From Balanoglossus misakiensis (taxonomy: Eukaryota; Animalia; Hemichordata), in the NCBI GenBank assembly GCA_040954595.2, contig CM082595.2, positions 4,139,943 through 4,203,942 of the forward strand: a DNA stretch of 64,000 bases. The letters run 5' to 3'. The notes beneath the pieces were generated by a model. It did not search any database. It worked only from the letters and a program-made list of their open reading frames with translations, and was not told the DNA's origin. A program made the position numbers and the translations under genes. This document shows, piece by piece, positions 51,601-64,000 of the stretch. Numbering within the stretch: position 1 is the stretch's first letter; each line of letters begins with the position of its first letter.

Positions 51601-54600
51601 AGAGAAAATGATATTCCTTTCAGCGAGATCTTGTTCTATTTTGTGGCCACTGTGATTATTTTTGGTACTTGGACCCGAACCATCGGATCGGTCATCATTC
51701 AAGACACTTCTCAATAAACCATTTTCCGAACTCCACAAGACCCTGCGAGATCTCGTGTTGTTAGTAATTGACGAAGTCGAGTCATGTCCGCAAATTGAGT
51801 TCATTTACAGAAAGGATATCTGTTGAGTAGTTTCCACGTGAAGGAGAGTCTTGTTAATAGTATATGTTGAGGACTCTTAACTCGGCTGTGGAATGAAGTG
51901 CTTGTTTCCAACTAATTATTTTTTTATGGTCAGACTAAACAGGGGTTGTGCTTGCTTGTATCCTAAGCACTTCTGCTCTCACTTTTTGCCTGGGCTCTTT
52001 GCTCAATAATAGTGTGGATCTTTCAAATTAGCGGGGCCAAGGTTTGCTAGCGTTACTTTCATCGGGCATTCTGGCAGCGTAAATGACTTTAGTACCATCT
52101 ACATCAGTGTTTTGGTAAGGTTGGGGCATTGGTATCTGGGTACCGCACTTAACAAAAAAACTGCGTATTACTATGATAATGGTGTGAAGTCTGAACTCAC
52201 CGTCGCTGATGCCCTCTCCTGGAGGGCACAGGGGATTCTCGACACACACGTTGGTTGGACCGTAGTGCCACCCTGGTTGGCAGTCGCACACGTTGTCCCT
52301 GGTGTTGTTCTCGGGCGCAGGCACTTTGATGTATTCATGGGTATTATTGCAAGGGTTCATTTCTTTGCAGGCGTAATCCGTTGTAAAATCGCTGCTATAG
52401 AAACCGGGCAGGCACGGCTGACAGACAGTCATTGTAGAACGCGAACAGTTGCTCACTAGGTGATAACCTACAAGCGCAAATAACAAGTACACATTGTAAA
52501 AATAGCAGTGTGTCGGCCATATTGGATCATATCGTGAAATAAATTGACGTCCACAATCCCACAACTCCCATTAGAATATCTGGTGTCTGTTCAACGCACA
52601 AGTTCTACAAGAAAAAAAAACTATTGCGCGTACAAATGACTGAATATTGAATTTCAGAATTGTCTCATGTTTTATCTTCTCCGAGTCAGTACCCAATGTG
52701 TGGCAATACAAACATTTCTATAATACCTTAAGGTTACCTAGGAAACGCATCAAGATTTTGTGCACGATGTAGTTGATTGAGATTACGTGACGCCGAATAG
52801 TTTGACGTGTCTCTTACAATAATGCGAAAGGGTGGAATTGAACCATATTGAACGGAAGCTAGATTTTCACCTGGTGTTACGAAAGTGGCTTGATAAGTTG
52901 GTTTTATAGAAATATAAGCCAGGGTGTCATGAGAGGCAGTGTATCGATAGCACCATCCCACGTCTTGTTAACCTAGCAGCGTACGATTCAAACGCTGGTC
53001 CACCGAATAAAAATGAATAAGTCTGGGGATTGTCGTTGGCAACTTTACAATCAGTCTGTCGATCAAAAGAGCTCAGATCAAAATTGAAATCTATTTCTTT
53101 CGCTGGAGCGGGCTATTCAGTAAAGACGCGTGGCATTGATTTATGGGCAGGCACACCTGCGCCGCCGCGGCAGCCGCAGACGCGTCGCGCGGAAATGATC
53201 TTGTTGGATTTGTCGCTGTTAGGATAGAAACGACACACGTCGAGATGGAGATTACACTTACCAGGTCTGCATTTCTGACAGCAAATCCCATCATGCAAAT
53301 ACTGTTGTTCGTCACAATTTCCCGCCAAAACGCACAGCCCACGAAAGATTGTTACCTGCGAATGAAAAGGGGAAGAACGCATTAGTGTAATTAACAGAAG
53401 GCAATCCCTGTTATACACACGTTTTATTTTTGTAGTTGTGGTGGTCATTATTCTCCCGTAATTATCCAATTTGGGAATTGGTAATATGGTTATATCCATA
53501 ATAATTATTAAAATTGGCTGAAATGCCCCACAAACATAACTTTTACGCAATGCAAGTTATTTGACGAGTGATTGTGCTGTTTTAAAGTGGTGGTTGACGA
53601 TGGCAGTAGACGTCGAGAACACAGTAAACGACTTAATTTAGTAAAAAGAAGATGATTGACACAATGATAATGAGTAAATAAAATGATTGGTGACGGCTTA
53701 TAAATAAATAATAGGGTTTTTGATTATAAGCGCTCAATCATTAAATTTTTAATCAGATGTATTAATTAAGACACGGTATTTAACAAGCAAGTTAATCATC
53801 TGGCTTTCTGCAAGGCAATTAATCGGCATGTGAACAAAGCGAATAATCAATGGTATGATTCTTGAAATTGTTCATTTATTTCGCGCTGATAATTACGCCT
53901 GTATACAAGTCATGATCACAATTTTAATCACACATGCCAGAGCATGTTTTATAGCGCGAATAGACAAAACACTCTATCTGCGCGTTGTGTGTGCGCGTTA
54001 CTGTCAGTGATGGAATTGTGACTGTGAGAGCAACGATGGAATTGTGAAGGAATCATTAAAATGCCAGCCAGGTCCGGGCAGTGCAAATAATGACCTACAC
54101 AGTTTGTTGTCATGGATACTTTTGTAAACAAAATCGATAACTATGAATTTGACGATCTCATCATTTTGTGATATACGTGGAACAGATGCGCGCATGGTTA
54201 GCAAATAGACCGGGCTGGATGGGTTCCGATCAACCCTCAACATTACAGCATATGTTTTTAAGAGGTTTTTCACTCAATGCAGCCATTGTTTCAATGTTTG
54301 AATGTAGCTTAAGGCTGAAGGACGTAGTTCTTTCAAATGTAGGGGATCTCATTGTATTCAGCGCGTCAAAAATCTCTGAGAAGATTGTGTCTTTTTCCAG
54401 TCCATACTCCGCGCATAACTACTGCTTAGCTCAGCCAATGTGTCTGATTATGGAGTTCAGACTACCTCCTCACGTCACTGTCAGATTGCTTGATATATCG
54501 ATTGCTGTGGGCAAGTCACAATTCTTGAGACATTAAAATCTCTCTATATTTACTATTTTTATGCCGAGTAAATCAATCCTAAAATAGAAACATTCGGAAT

Positions 54601-57600
54601 CCGTATTATTCAAATGCGCCTTTTTACACCCCAAGTTGACTTGTCCAACGTATAACCATACAGGCACCGAGCTGTTGCATTAATTATAACGGCCTTAGGC
54701 CTAATGCTTTTGTGGACATATTTATATTCAGGACACCACCAGAGTAATGTTTAATCTTAGTCTGGGCTCGAGCCCAATTAACCGAATCAAGTTCTGCTTG
54801 TTTAGAGATAGAAATTCCCGGTTTTATATGTTGACAGCAAACGTCCTATAATTTTATCCGGTAACAATTTCCAGAGAGAAGAGCGTATTCAGCTGCAATA
54901 TGTTTGACATACGTGTCTGATATTTATACTGTCTGTAGCAAGTTTTTTTGTTATTTCTGTTAGTTCTGTCTCGGTCCGTGTGGGTTGATATATGCAGACC
55001 GTGTAATTCTGTTTTGATGTCTGCCAAATGGTTCCAGCAACGTATTGATTCACTGCACACTAAGATTAGCATATCAAATCAGGAACACCTGGTTGGAAAC
55101 ATGACCAATGATAAAGCACATTATCATACTGCTGTCTTGTGGGTGTATATATACAGAGAGAATTCCATTGGTTGGTAGACGTCATTTGCATTGCATGGAT
55201 TCACCAGGTGTTTTGATGCCTTCAATTTGTATCGCCATTTTTGCAGAGAACGCATCCTGTCGGATGACCATGACGTGTACATCACCAAAAAAGCGTCAAG
55301 AATCGACGTGCTGACGAGGATGGTTGGTTGTTCCAGGAATTTGGAGAACTCAGGGAAGAATCCCACAGCCCTGTGTTGAAAGAAACTGCAAGTCCTTCAA
55401 GTTTGCCAAAGACTGACGAATCAAGCTACAGGTTAGCCCACAACACCTTCTTATTTGTAAATAATGTGGCATGATTACAGATAAAGATGGCATCCTCTGC
55501 ACATGCACGACACATGCATAACCTGTGGAGAACATCATTCCCGACAGTTGTTCTGGGGAATATTTAACTGTCATCATGCCATGTTATAAATTGTGATCTG
55601 TATGGCCCTAGCCCCCTCCCCTCCCCTCCGCCCCCGGCATTATGCAACAACATGCAACAACAAACATGCGTTAAGGAAAGACGGGAGTCTCCTGCAAAGG
55701 TAAGTGTTCACAACATTCAGATGAACCGAAATGCTGCAACCACATCCCTTTACATTGGTTTTCTGATAACTTTGTGATTGTGGTACTATTCTCAAAGGTT
55801 AGATGAGAACCCACTTAAGTTCCCCTAAATGTAGAAGATAATTTGATTCACTTGAGTTCAGGGACTATAACATGTTAAGAGAATGTATAGCGTGTGATTA
55901 TACAAAGTAGGTCAAGGATTAACCCACGAATGTTTGCGCTCGTGCGTCTCGACGACTTTTCGTAGGACTAAACCCATTTCTGTAGATGGAAATATTCATA
56001 ATTCTTAATATCCCCGATGATTATGTACATGAGTTTGATACAAGTAAAACTTTTGCGGCAGTCAGTTATTATTTTCATCCCACACGTACAAACCCGAAAT
56101 ATATATATATAATAAAATGTTGACCAGTCATTAACTTTAACTGATAATGATAAATCTCTGTGCCGTTTTAGGACCCATCTCGCACACACGCCTTTAATAA
56201 AAGCGCCCTATAAAAGCGGTAACCAATAGCTTGTAAAACATACTGAGCGTCCATGATTAATTGTACCTGCCTGACGATTGGCGCAACAATCCGGCTATTT
56301 TCGTAGCTCTTCACAGGAATGGGGTTGTTAACAGCAAATATTGGTTTAATGTTTTTTGCGTTTCAAGAGCGTGAAATTTCCCATGGTATTCATAATCCAG
56401 AAATAAAACACTTCCTGTGTGTCTGCACGTCATAGTGTCTGACAAGATGGCGGCTCCCACAGATAAAAAACATTATATAGTGGAACAAATGCGGGCTGTC
56501 ATTCTTTACTGTGTCTAGTAAAATAATATAGTTTACCTTAATTAGCACAATTCTAAATTAATTTTCCATTTGTGCGTCATGGTTCAACATTTAACGACTA
56601 ATTAGAATCTTCATGACGCAATACCGTTAAAGTGAACAAAACGTGTGTTTCCTTGGAAACATGAGTGCAATACAAGCATTCGTTACGCAGAAGGCGCTGG
56701 GTGCAATTTTATAGTTTTGAATACTAATTAGGCTTATAATAAGCTGTTATTAAAAGAAAAGGCATACAAAGGGCTCCGTCAAAATCGGAATTTTCTTCCA
56801 ATTATCAAAGTCGTTAACCCTTAAACGTATACGTTTTCTTCTAAATGCCATTTTAAGTGACGATAATGAATGTATAACAATTTTAAGTTCTGTGAGACCG
56901 GAGAGAGATAGAGAGAATGTAAATCGTGGCCTCTAATTTATGTATGCACAAATTTGGCTGAAATTGTCTGAGTGTTCTACAGAACGTGTGGTGGTGCTCG
57001 TTTTTCGCGTGGCCACCAACTAAAAATCTGTGATTAGCTAGATCTCCGGTTTCCATGGTAACTGTAGCTTAATTATCAAATGTGGCCGTATACCTTTAAC
57101 TGCATCGAGCCTTGTCGACTTCTTCCCGCGTGACCAGGGTCGCTGTCTCTTCATGTCTAATTTGTGCAAGAAAGTCACGAAGACAATCGATTATATACCT
57201 CATTGAATTTATTTCCTTCCAGGTATGATCCATTTGTCAGGGTCTGCAAAGTCTCGCTTAGCTCCTGAATTATCTCGTTCATTATTCTGGCCACAGAGTT
57301 TGTATACGTAGAGAATAATGGTAGACGTGAATAGAGACATTCGAGTCTACAAAGGAGAGTAATGGTTGTTGAACAAGCGATAGCGAGACACATGGGAATT
57401 CATTTTTACCACAAATTTCTTAATTGCTTCATAGTATCGATGTTTCTTTAAAACTACAACGGCTCAGCATTTAGCCTTTCTTGCGTCGCGTGCCTTTAAA
57501 CTATAAAAAATACAATGATGTATTGGGCATGTGTTAATGGACCACTTAGGGCGTTTGTTCTGCACAACAGAAAACGGTAATTTCTGAGATAGTGTCTGAA

Positions 57601-60600
57601 AACACGTTAACTTAGCACGTTTGTGTCGTTCCTTTGTCAGTTTTTCCCACAAAACGTGCGTCCTGAATCACCTATGTACACAAGGACAAATGTTTAAAAA
57701 CAAAGAAATATGCAATGTTCAGAGGGGCCGAGCTTCTGTAAAGAGACTATATTTGCATTCAAACTTCTTCTTATATCGTTCCATAAAGTCATGTTATTTT
57801 TGCAATGTGAATGGATACATTCGTCGCTGAAAAAATGTTGTGCGACTTCCTGTCGGAATATTGTGGTTACTCATTCGCGTGGCATTATTTCGACAAGTGT
57901 CAAAGTTGTTGCAAATTCAGTCGGTTGGATGACGTTGCAAGACATGGCATTGGCATCTGCCGTTTTACGACAGTAAAATGTCAAATCTGCCATTTCACGC
58001 TGGTCAAATCTCGTCATGCATTCCCCGTTGCGTGATATAGCTACCTCGTAAAATGCAGTGGCCTCTCGCTCGTACCACATACAAAATATCTCAATGAAAT
58101 AAAAAATGACGCGATTCTTTTATCCATCAGTTGTAAATTCCTTGCTTTTCGTTCAGTCATCCCGTTTTTGCAACACGAGTCGTGTGCAAACAAGCGAGAG
58201 AGACAAGAAACGTTGACACATTACGGTGCTAACTATCCAGGCTGTCAGATACCTTATAACGCTTACGTGTTCAGAAAGAAAAATTCCCCTGATGTATTCA
58301 CGTTTCTTCAACTCGCTTGCTTGTATCCCGCTAACCCACACAAGGACTCTATGCGGGTGGTACAAAGTACGTAATCACAAAAAATCGCAAGGGATGTCTC
58401 TTGACATATCCAGCTCTGTCTGAAATTCTAATAATATACATAACTATACGGCCACCCGACGGTTTTTGAATACGATACTAACGAAGGATCGCGCCCTAAT
58501 GATGAGTCTATATATAGTTTCTATCACGAATAATATCATACATTAGGAGTCCTCTTGTTAAATCATACCAGGCCAATTGTACATCACCCGACAATATTGC
58601 GCAAATTATCTAAATTCAAAACGATTTTCTTTCCAAACTAGCATGGGGGAACCTTACAATGAAGTGATAGTGAATGGCTGATGTAGCAGGGTTGATTGTA
58701 ACCTTTTGAATCCGTGTGACTATGTTAGCATCACAATTGTGGGTTCACACAAAACGATGATGGTTTACATAAAAAGAATAACGGAAAGATATCCTGATCA
58801 AGAACCTCTTATGGAGAATACGGGGCATCTCCTCAATAATGTATTTTTTCTTTGAGTCGATATTCCCTCAAATTAGAGTCTTTTATTTGCTTCCTTGATA
58901 CCTAAATCAACTTTTTACGTCGCAGTGGGTTCACTCTGAAGCGAAAAGGTCGCAATCCATCACACGTGCCTGCGAGGAAAACTCATATTTTATCGCTGCA
59001 GAGCTGTCGAAACCATGTACTCGCATTGTTGATGATTGAGTTTCAGTGCGGACTTATTCCATTTGATTGCGAAAGCAACAATGCAATTGCAAGTCATACG
59101 CGAACAAGATGTATGTGTTGACAGGGGTAATGTCGGCCATGTTTTAATAACGATAATCAAAACAAAATATGGAAAGATATGTTGCAAGGGTGCCAGTTAC
59201 TCTGGCAATCATCAACGTCACAAAATTGTTAGCTCTCTCCATGGAGACATTACAAAGACATTACATTCCATTGGATCAGATACTCTATATCTGGAGTGTT
59301 GTGTGGATAGTGAATGTTGGTACATAACACAATATTCTGCAGTGTGAATTCTCATCTCGCCATTTTATGCTTAAATGTTTTCGGCGTTCTGCTAGTGTTA
59401 TCACATGTCATCACATATCAGCTTTGGTATAATATTCATGATAAAAAACAAATCTTATATTGTCTGGAATGCGGAATTTCAGAAGTTCTTATCTGCGACA
59501 TGTACACACTTACTTACTGATACCCAAAGATCAATTAATTTTGTAACTAGATATATCAGTAGTGTCACTGCCATGTTTTGTCGCCAGTGAACAAACAGGA
59601 GCGTGATCAATAACATATGACGCGTACATGTCTGTCGCTCAGGGTAGAGCTGGGGGCGCTTAAAACACGGATCATCAAAATGAAATCATGTAAATGTCAC
59701 GAAGAAAAATTGCTTTGAAATTGTGGGAAATTGATGGGCCTACAGAGAATACAGACCAATGTTAGGCTTCAAGGTATACGGTCACCTATGCATATTTAAC
59801 TACTGTTACCATGGAAAATTTAAATATAGCCAATAATAGATTTTTAGTGGGAGGCCACTAGATGTTCTTTAGAACATTCAGACACGTCGTTTTTGACACA
59901 TATGGGCATGGTGACTGTATACTTTTAATGTGTTATCATCAGCTAGCATCTGACATAACCCAAATTGTTCTTGTTCCGAAAGTCGTCTCTGGTTAAGTTT
60001 CACTGATACGCTCTGCAGTTGAGATATGCGACAGAGACACAGCACATGTGAATATTGACAGACCAATCTTGCGGCATCGAATTTAATGGAGTTTCTGATA
60101 TTGATCTCAGGACAAGTGCCCACTTAAAACGTTACTAATGCTGTATAGAAAAGGTCGCGCTATTCGTTTTGCACAAAAAATATCATCTCCTTTTCCCTTA
60201 TATTGCTCAAATCTCGCCCATTAGGCTATATTACAGCTCGTAACGGTTTGACACGTCACTTCTCTGCAAGCTTATCAGATATGGAGAGTTGGGAATGTTA
60301 GCGAGCGAAATGTGATCACCATTTGGAAAAGTTCTTGCTTCCCTAAAATTGAGAAATTGCAATAGACAGTTTCTAAGGGAAATTTAAAATGTGTGCATTC
60401 TATCTTTGTTGTTGTGAATATGTGTGCTGTACACATTGCCGATATTTCTGCACATCTACGTCATAGAATTACTTCAATGGCTTCCTGTCCACCAAAATAT
60501 TATTTTAATGTTACACGTTTTTGTTGCCTGAAACGAATAACAGATCTAGACATGTCCCTTACCAATGGCAGTAGGTACAATATAACGGTGCACGTTGCAC

Positions 60601-60646
60601 GTATCCACACTTTATAATGATGACAATATTGTTGAATACTTGGCAT
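45614..60646 (-). CDS. TNF receptor superfamily member without death domain, ~385 aa, seven coding exons
   Basis: Exons: 60646-60563 (signal peptide, least certain), 53355-53262 (CDEQQYLHDGICCQKCRPG), 52467-52201 (CQPCLPGFYS..DNVCDCQPGWH..CPPGEG), 49405-49330 (CMFCDDDTYS), 47415-47342 (CYRNG..GNSTHRRLC), 46673-46341 (Ser/Thr/Pro stalk, TM LIVVASIVGGGLVLVIVAFVV, RRLYRRKK) and 45843-45614 (tail ending ERVTCV). Phases are consistent. Confidence 0.88.
45952..46078. repeat. Two-copy tandem duplication (~62 bp) in the last TNFR intron
   Basis: actgctacaatgtacatctttgcaaacaatgtggttgttactttgtattacactg / actgctactatgtacatctttgtaacaatatggttgttactttgtcttacagtg. Confidence 0.8.
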
Positions 60647-60767
60647 ATCGAGATGCTTTAGCGACTAGAACAGGAAGCTGTAGTTGTTGCACAATTCAAA
60701 ACTGCGAAATAATCATCACATGTCGCAGCTACATGATATTAAAACGCAGCCGTGCAGTTTTACGACA

Positions 60768-61568
60768 TGAGTCACTTTCATTCGGCGTGGTTTAGTCTCA
60801 TTTCAAAATTGGCTTCTATTTTTGAAGTGCCCTCGAGTTGAAACGAGCTTTGCAATTTACTGAATAGCTTGTGAAAACACATAGAGGATGTTCGTTTGGG
60901 ATATTGTCCAGGTTATTTGTGTTCCATGCAAAAGGTTATTTATGACGTAGAAACATATGGTGGTGTGTGATCATTCAATAGAACCGTGTGTACTCGTACT
61001 CTGCCTGCAGGAATACCCAATACACACTTCCATTACAATAATTCCTGTCACGTGCCGTAAATTGTCATCGACTTATGCACACATATGTTGCCATATTTGT
61101 CAAGCAAGGGGTAGGTGCTCATCTCCGGCGATGGGTTCAGCAAGTGTCACAAAGCTGTAGCCAATTTCCACCGTTCCCATTTCTCCCGGGGTCATGGTTC
61201 CAACCCCATAAATTCATAATGTAAATTTTCAATGCATGTACTCAGGTACGGCAAGTGTGATCATAGTGGACAGTGTTATCGTGGGAACACCGTAAGCTCA
61301 TGCTGATTAAATTATTTTGATGAAATAATTTCTCACAAGAGTCTGCTAATTCTAAATAATGGAACATTCTGAGAAACAACAGCCACATCATTGTGTGGGG
61401 AATCCCAGTTAATTATTTTAGTACGAAAATTTAATATTAATCTATTCACATAATAAATCCCTCAAGGCCCTACACCCAAAATTTAACTTTATTTATTTAT
61501 CTACATTGCTATTTATTTATTTACTTATATATCACATGATCATACCCAAGGACCTGTCAGTGACGTCA
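60768..61568. promoter_or_regulatory. Candidate inducible promoter motifs upstream of the TNFR gene (AP-1, IRF-like, NF-kB, CRE)
   Basis: TGAGTCA at 60768-60774 abutting CTTTCATTC; GGGGAATCCC at 61397-61406 matches GGGRNWYYCC; TGACGTCA at 61561-61568. Confidence 0.45.
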
Positions 61569-62595
61569 TCAGCAACCGTGAGACTTGCAGTAAATGCATT
61601 AACATGAAATTCAATATATATTCACTGTATTTTTATAGGATTAGCGTACCATCTGTTTCCAAACATGGTTGGCTATACGCATATATAGCTCACAATATTG
61701 ACTGATAGCACAGTTTATCCCCGCCTTGGGATATTTTGTTAATGCACAAGAGAAACAAAAATCCTTGTGACTACGGGTTCGTGCAAAGTTGAACATTCAC
61801 TGTCGCTTTTACGAAAGATGAATAAAAAGAACAACCAAAAACCAGCCCTAAATATTGGATTTCACTTCACGTTTTTCCGGATAGGAAGCGGCAGTATCGA
61901 TTCACAGTCGACTGCACCGGCGCGACTTTCACGAGATCGATGACAGGTCGCAGGTTGCGGGTCACAAAAGTGATACTATGTGAAAACATGGCGCGGAAGA
62001 TCGCACTGTGAAAACCCCAGACAGTTTACTTCTACTATAGTGTTTCTACTTTTAAGGAATGGAGCTTAATCAAGTATGTCGAATATGTATCATATTAGGC
62101 AAAAACGGCTATTTAATAATGTTCTTCCCATCCCCTTAAATAATTAAACAAAATTGTATCCAAAAAAGCCATTGATCTCCGTTTAAGGCACATGTACATA
62201 ATTCAAACACTTACTGTCAATCAAATGAGAAACAACCTTGGGGGTAAGGTCGAGAGAAGGCATAAGATGATGTGAGCGACTTCTTCAAAGTGTGTTTCCA
62301 CTGAGTGGTGTCACTGTCCTACATATTAATGGAGGCTTAATTATTGCTTATCTCTGCACTTCGATCACTGTTCATTGGAGCGATAATAGAGTGTGTTCAC
62401 GTCTGTTGGCTTTTCGTCACATCGTTTTACCAGTGCTGCAGAACTGCAGTGTGTTTTGTTTTAAACAAGCGCATGCCGGTAGCATCGACCTTTTGACAGC
62501 ACAAATGGATGGATGGATTGACTGACAGACAGGCAGCATGTGGGTTAATAGATAGATGGATGGATTGATGGACTTCGAGACAGCCAACTCATTTC

Positions 62596-62642
62596 ATGCA
62601 TACATACATACATACATGCATACATACATACATACATACATA
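62596..62642. repeat. (TACA)n microsatellite
   Basis: catacatacatacat run. Confidence 0.9.
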
Positions 62643-64000
62643 AAAAAGTCTAACAAACAACAGAAAAGACCATACTGGCCCTTATACTTTCATATTTCAT
62701 GGCAGTAAAACATGGAGATTGCTTTTGCTCTGACATACTGATAATAATTTATTACTATAGTGCTGCAAACGTGCATGTAACCAAGTAAAAGAAAATACAT
62801 AAATCTTGAAATATGGTTTTAAGAATGATCGCTCGAACACAGTCCCCTTCTGCCTACATAAATTAACCCGCACGTCCAATACGTATGCAAATAAGCCAAC
62901 ATCCTAGGGATTATTTTGTATGGTGTTTCAGTGTTTGAATATATGAATTATTAGTCCTTCTTCATTAAATTAAAAAGGAAGCTTACGGGCAATAACTTAT
63001 GTAATGCGTCAGTCGCAAGACACGAGATGAGGGTATTTATTGACTGTAATTAATATAGTTCTATTTAAGACACCCTGATGACGCAAATATGAAGGAGTTC
63101 AGGTCAGGGTTGATATATCGCTTTCATGAATTGTATTATTATGCGAAAATGCATACTGAGTAAATACTTTTTGATCCCAGCGCTTTTCTACGGAGAGGAT
63201 TTAACTCTCTAAATGTTCCCTGTTGTTTGCTACTTTGAAATACACTTTGCGGTGTGGCTTTCGTCGGTTTGATCAATGGTTGTTGTGGGGTAGAATGGAC
63301 CCTGCACAGCACATGGTTTGATTTGGGCCAAATTTCATGCTTTCTGACAAGTTGGTTTGTCTGCTGCTAGTGAATTTTAAAGGCACACACCATGACCATG
63401 CATATATTACTCGTCCAGTCTATGTCACTGAATTGCGTGTTGTATGTCACTGAATTGTGCGCCTACGTCACCAAATCTTGCATTGCTACCTGCCGACGAA
63501 AAGTGTCTCAAGATGGCGACGCTCAATAAATGTTGCCACCTGAGCCAACCGCGGCAGATCTGTGAGCTGAACAGGTCCCTGCGCAGTCTGCCGTAAAGGC
63601 ATCTGTAGCATGACAAATTTCATGGGTGAACGTAGGTCACAAACTAGTATATCCCACGCATAACTGCAAACATGTCCATGATGTAGATGGATGTGAAGAA
63701 GAGACTTCATCAAGTGAAATTTATCTCGACGCAGTGACCCCGGCCTTGTAGGTCTAATTATAGCAGATCAATTTTGTTCACTATATTGATTACATTGGCA
63801 ATGATTGATGACGAGTTCATATATTCATCGGTTCAACACTGTTACTAGTATGTTCACAATGTGATTCCAAGCCCATATTATTAGCGTTTTATATTCAATT
63901 ATCAACACATACCAGGGTCATGGCGATACATGTTGTAGACAAGGTGAAGCCACTTTTGCCCACGGGCATCAAACGATCAAAGAGATCTAACATTACAAAT

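Noticed and set aside
55247-55431. Exon-like + strand segment with acceptor and donor (DEDGWLFQEF...)
   Set aside because: Stop codons in all three frames between the splice sites and no partner exons found.
47172-59792. Shared aaggtatacggtcacctatgc at about 47175 and 59771
   Set aside because: Probably isolated ends of a Kolobok-like MITE family; matching opposite ends were not located.
63490-63602. GC-rich minus-strand segment considered as TNFR first exon
   Set aside because: It gives no hydrophobic signal peptide; 60646-60563 fits better. It could still be a non-coding exon.
1-64000. CRISPR arrays, tRNA/rRNA genes, prokaryotic operons or autonomous transposase/RT ORFs
   Set aside because: None seen: no repeat-spacer periodicity, no cloverleaf or rRNA motifs, and no long transposon ORF.

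Overview
This is eukaryotic (animal) genomic DNA with GT-AG introns, microsatellites and many MITEs. Its gene content suggests a marine invertebrate such as a hemichordate or echinoderm (inference). I spliced five multi-exon genes by hand with consistent intron phases. (1) + strand 3936-5543: a 306-aa protein joining a ubiquitin-like domain to an NFKBIL1-type C-terminal J-like domain whose HPD motif reads QCD. (2) - strand 7175-12935: a 718-aa helical-repeat + TPR + MYND-finger protein. (3) - strand 14586-17765: a somatomedin-B-domain, Methuselah-like family B GPCR. (4) - strand 20244-40017: a 17-exon M13 neprilysin/ECE peptidase with intact catalytic motifs. (5) - strand 45614-60646: a TNF-receptor-superfamily gene without a death domain, with kB/AP-1/CRE motifs upstream. 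A weaker partial gene lies at 603-1299. Repeats include Kolobok-like, piggyBac-like and Tc1/pogo-like MITEs, a nested hairpin element, and a foldback element flanked by a 39-bp direct repeat. The best novelty candidates are the Ubl + degenerate-J gene, its tail-to-tail TPR-MYND neighbour, and the TNFR-M13 peptidase adjacency. All domain calls come from motif recognition; no database searches were run.
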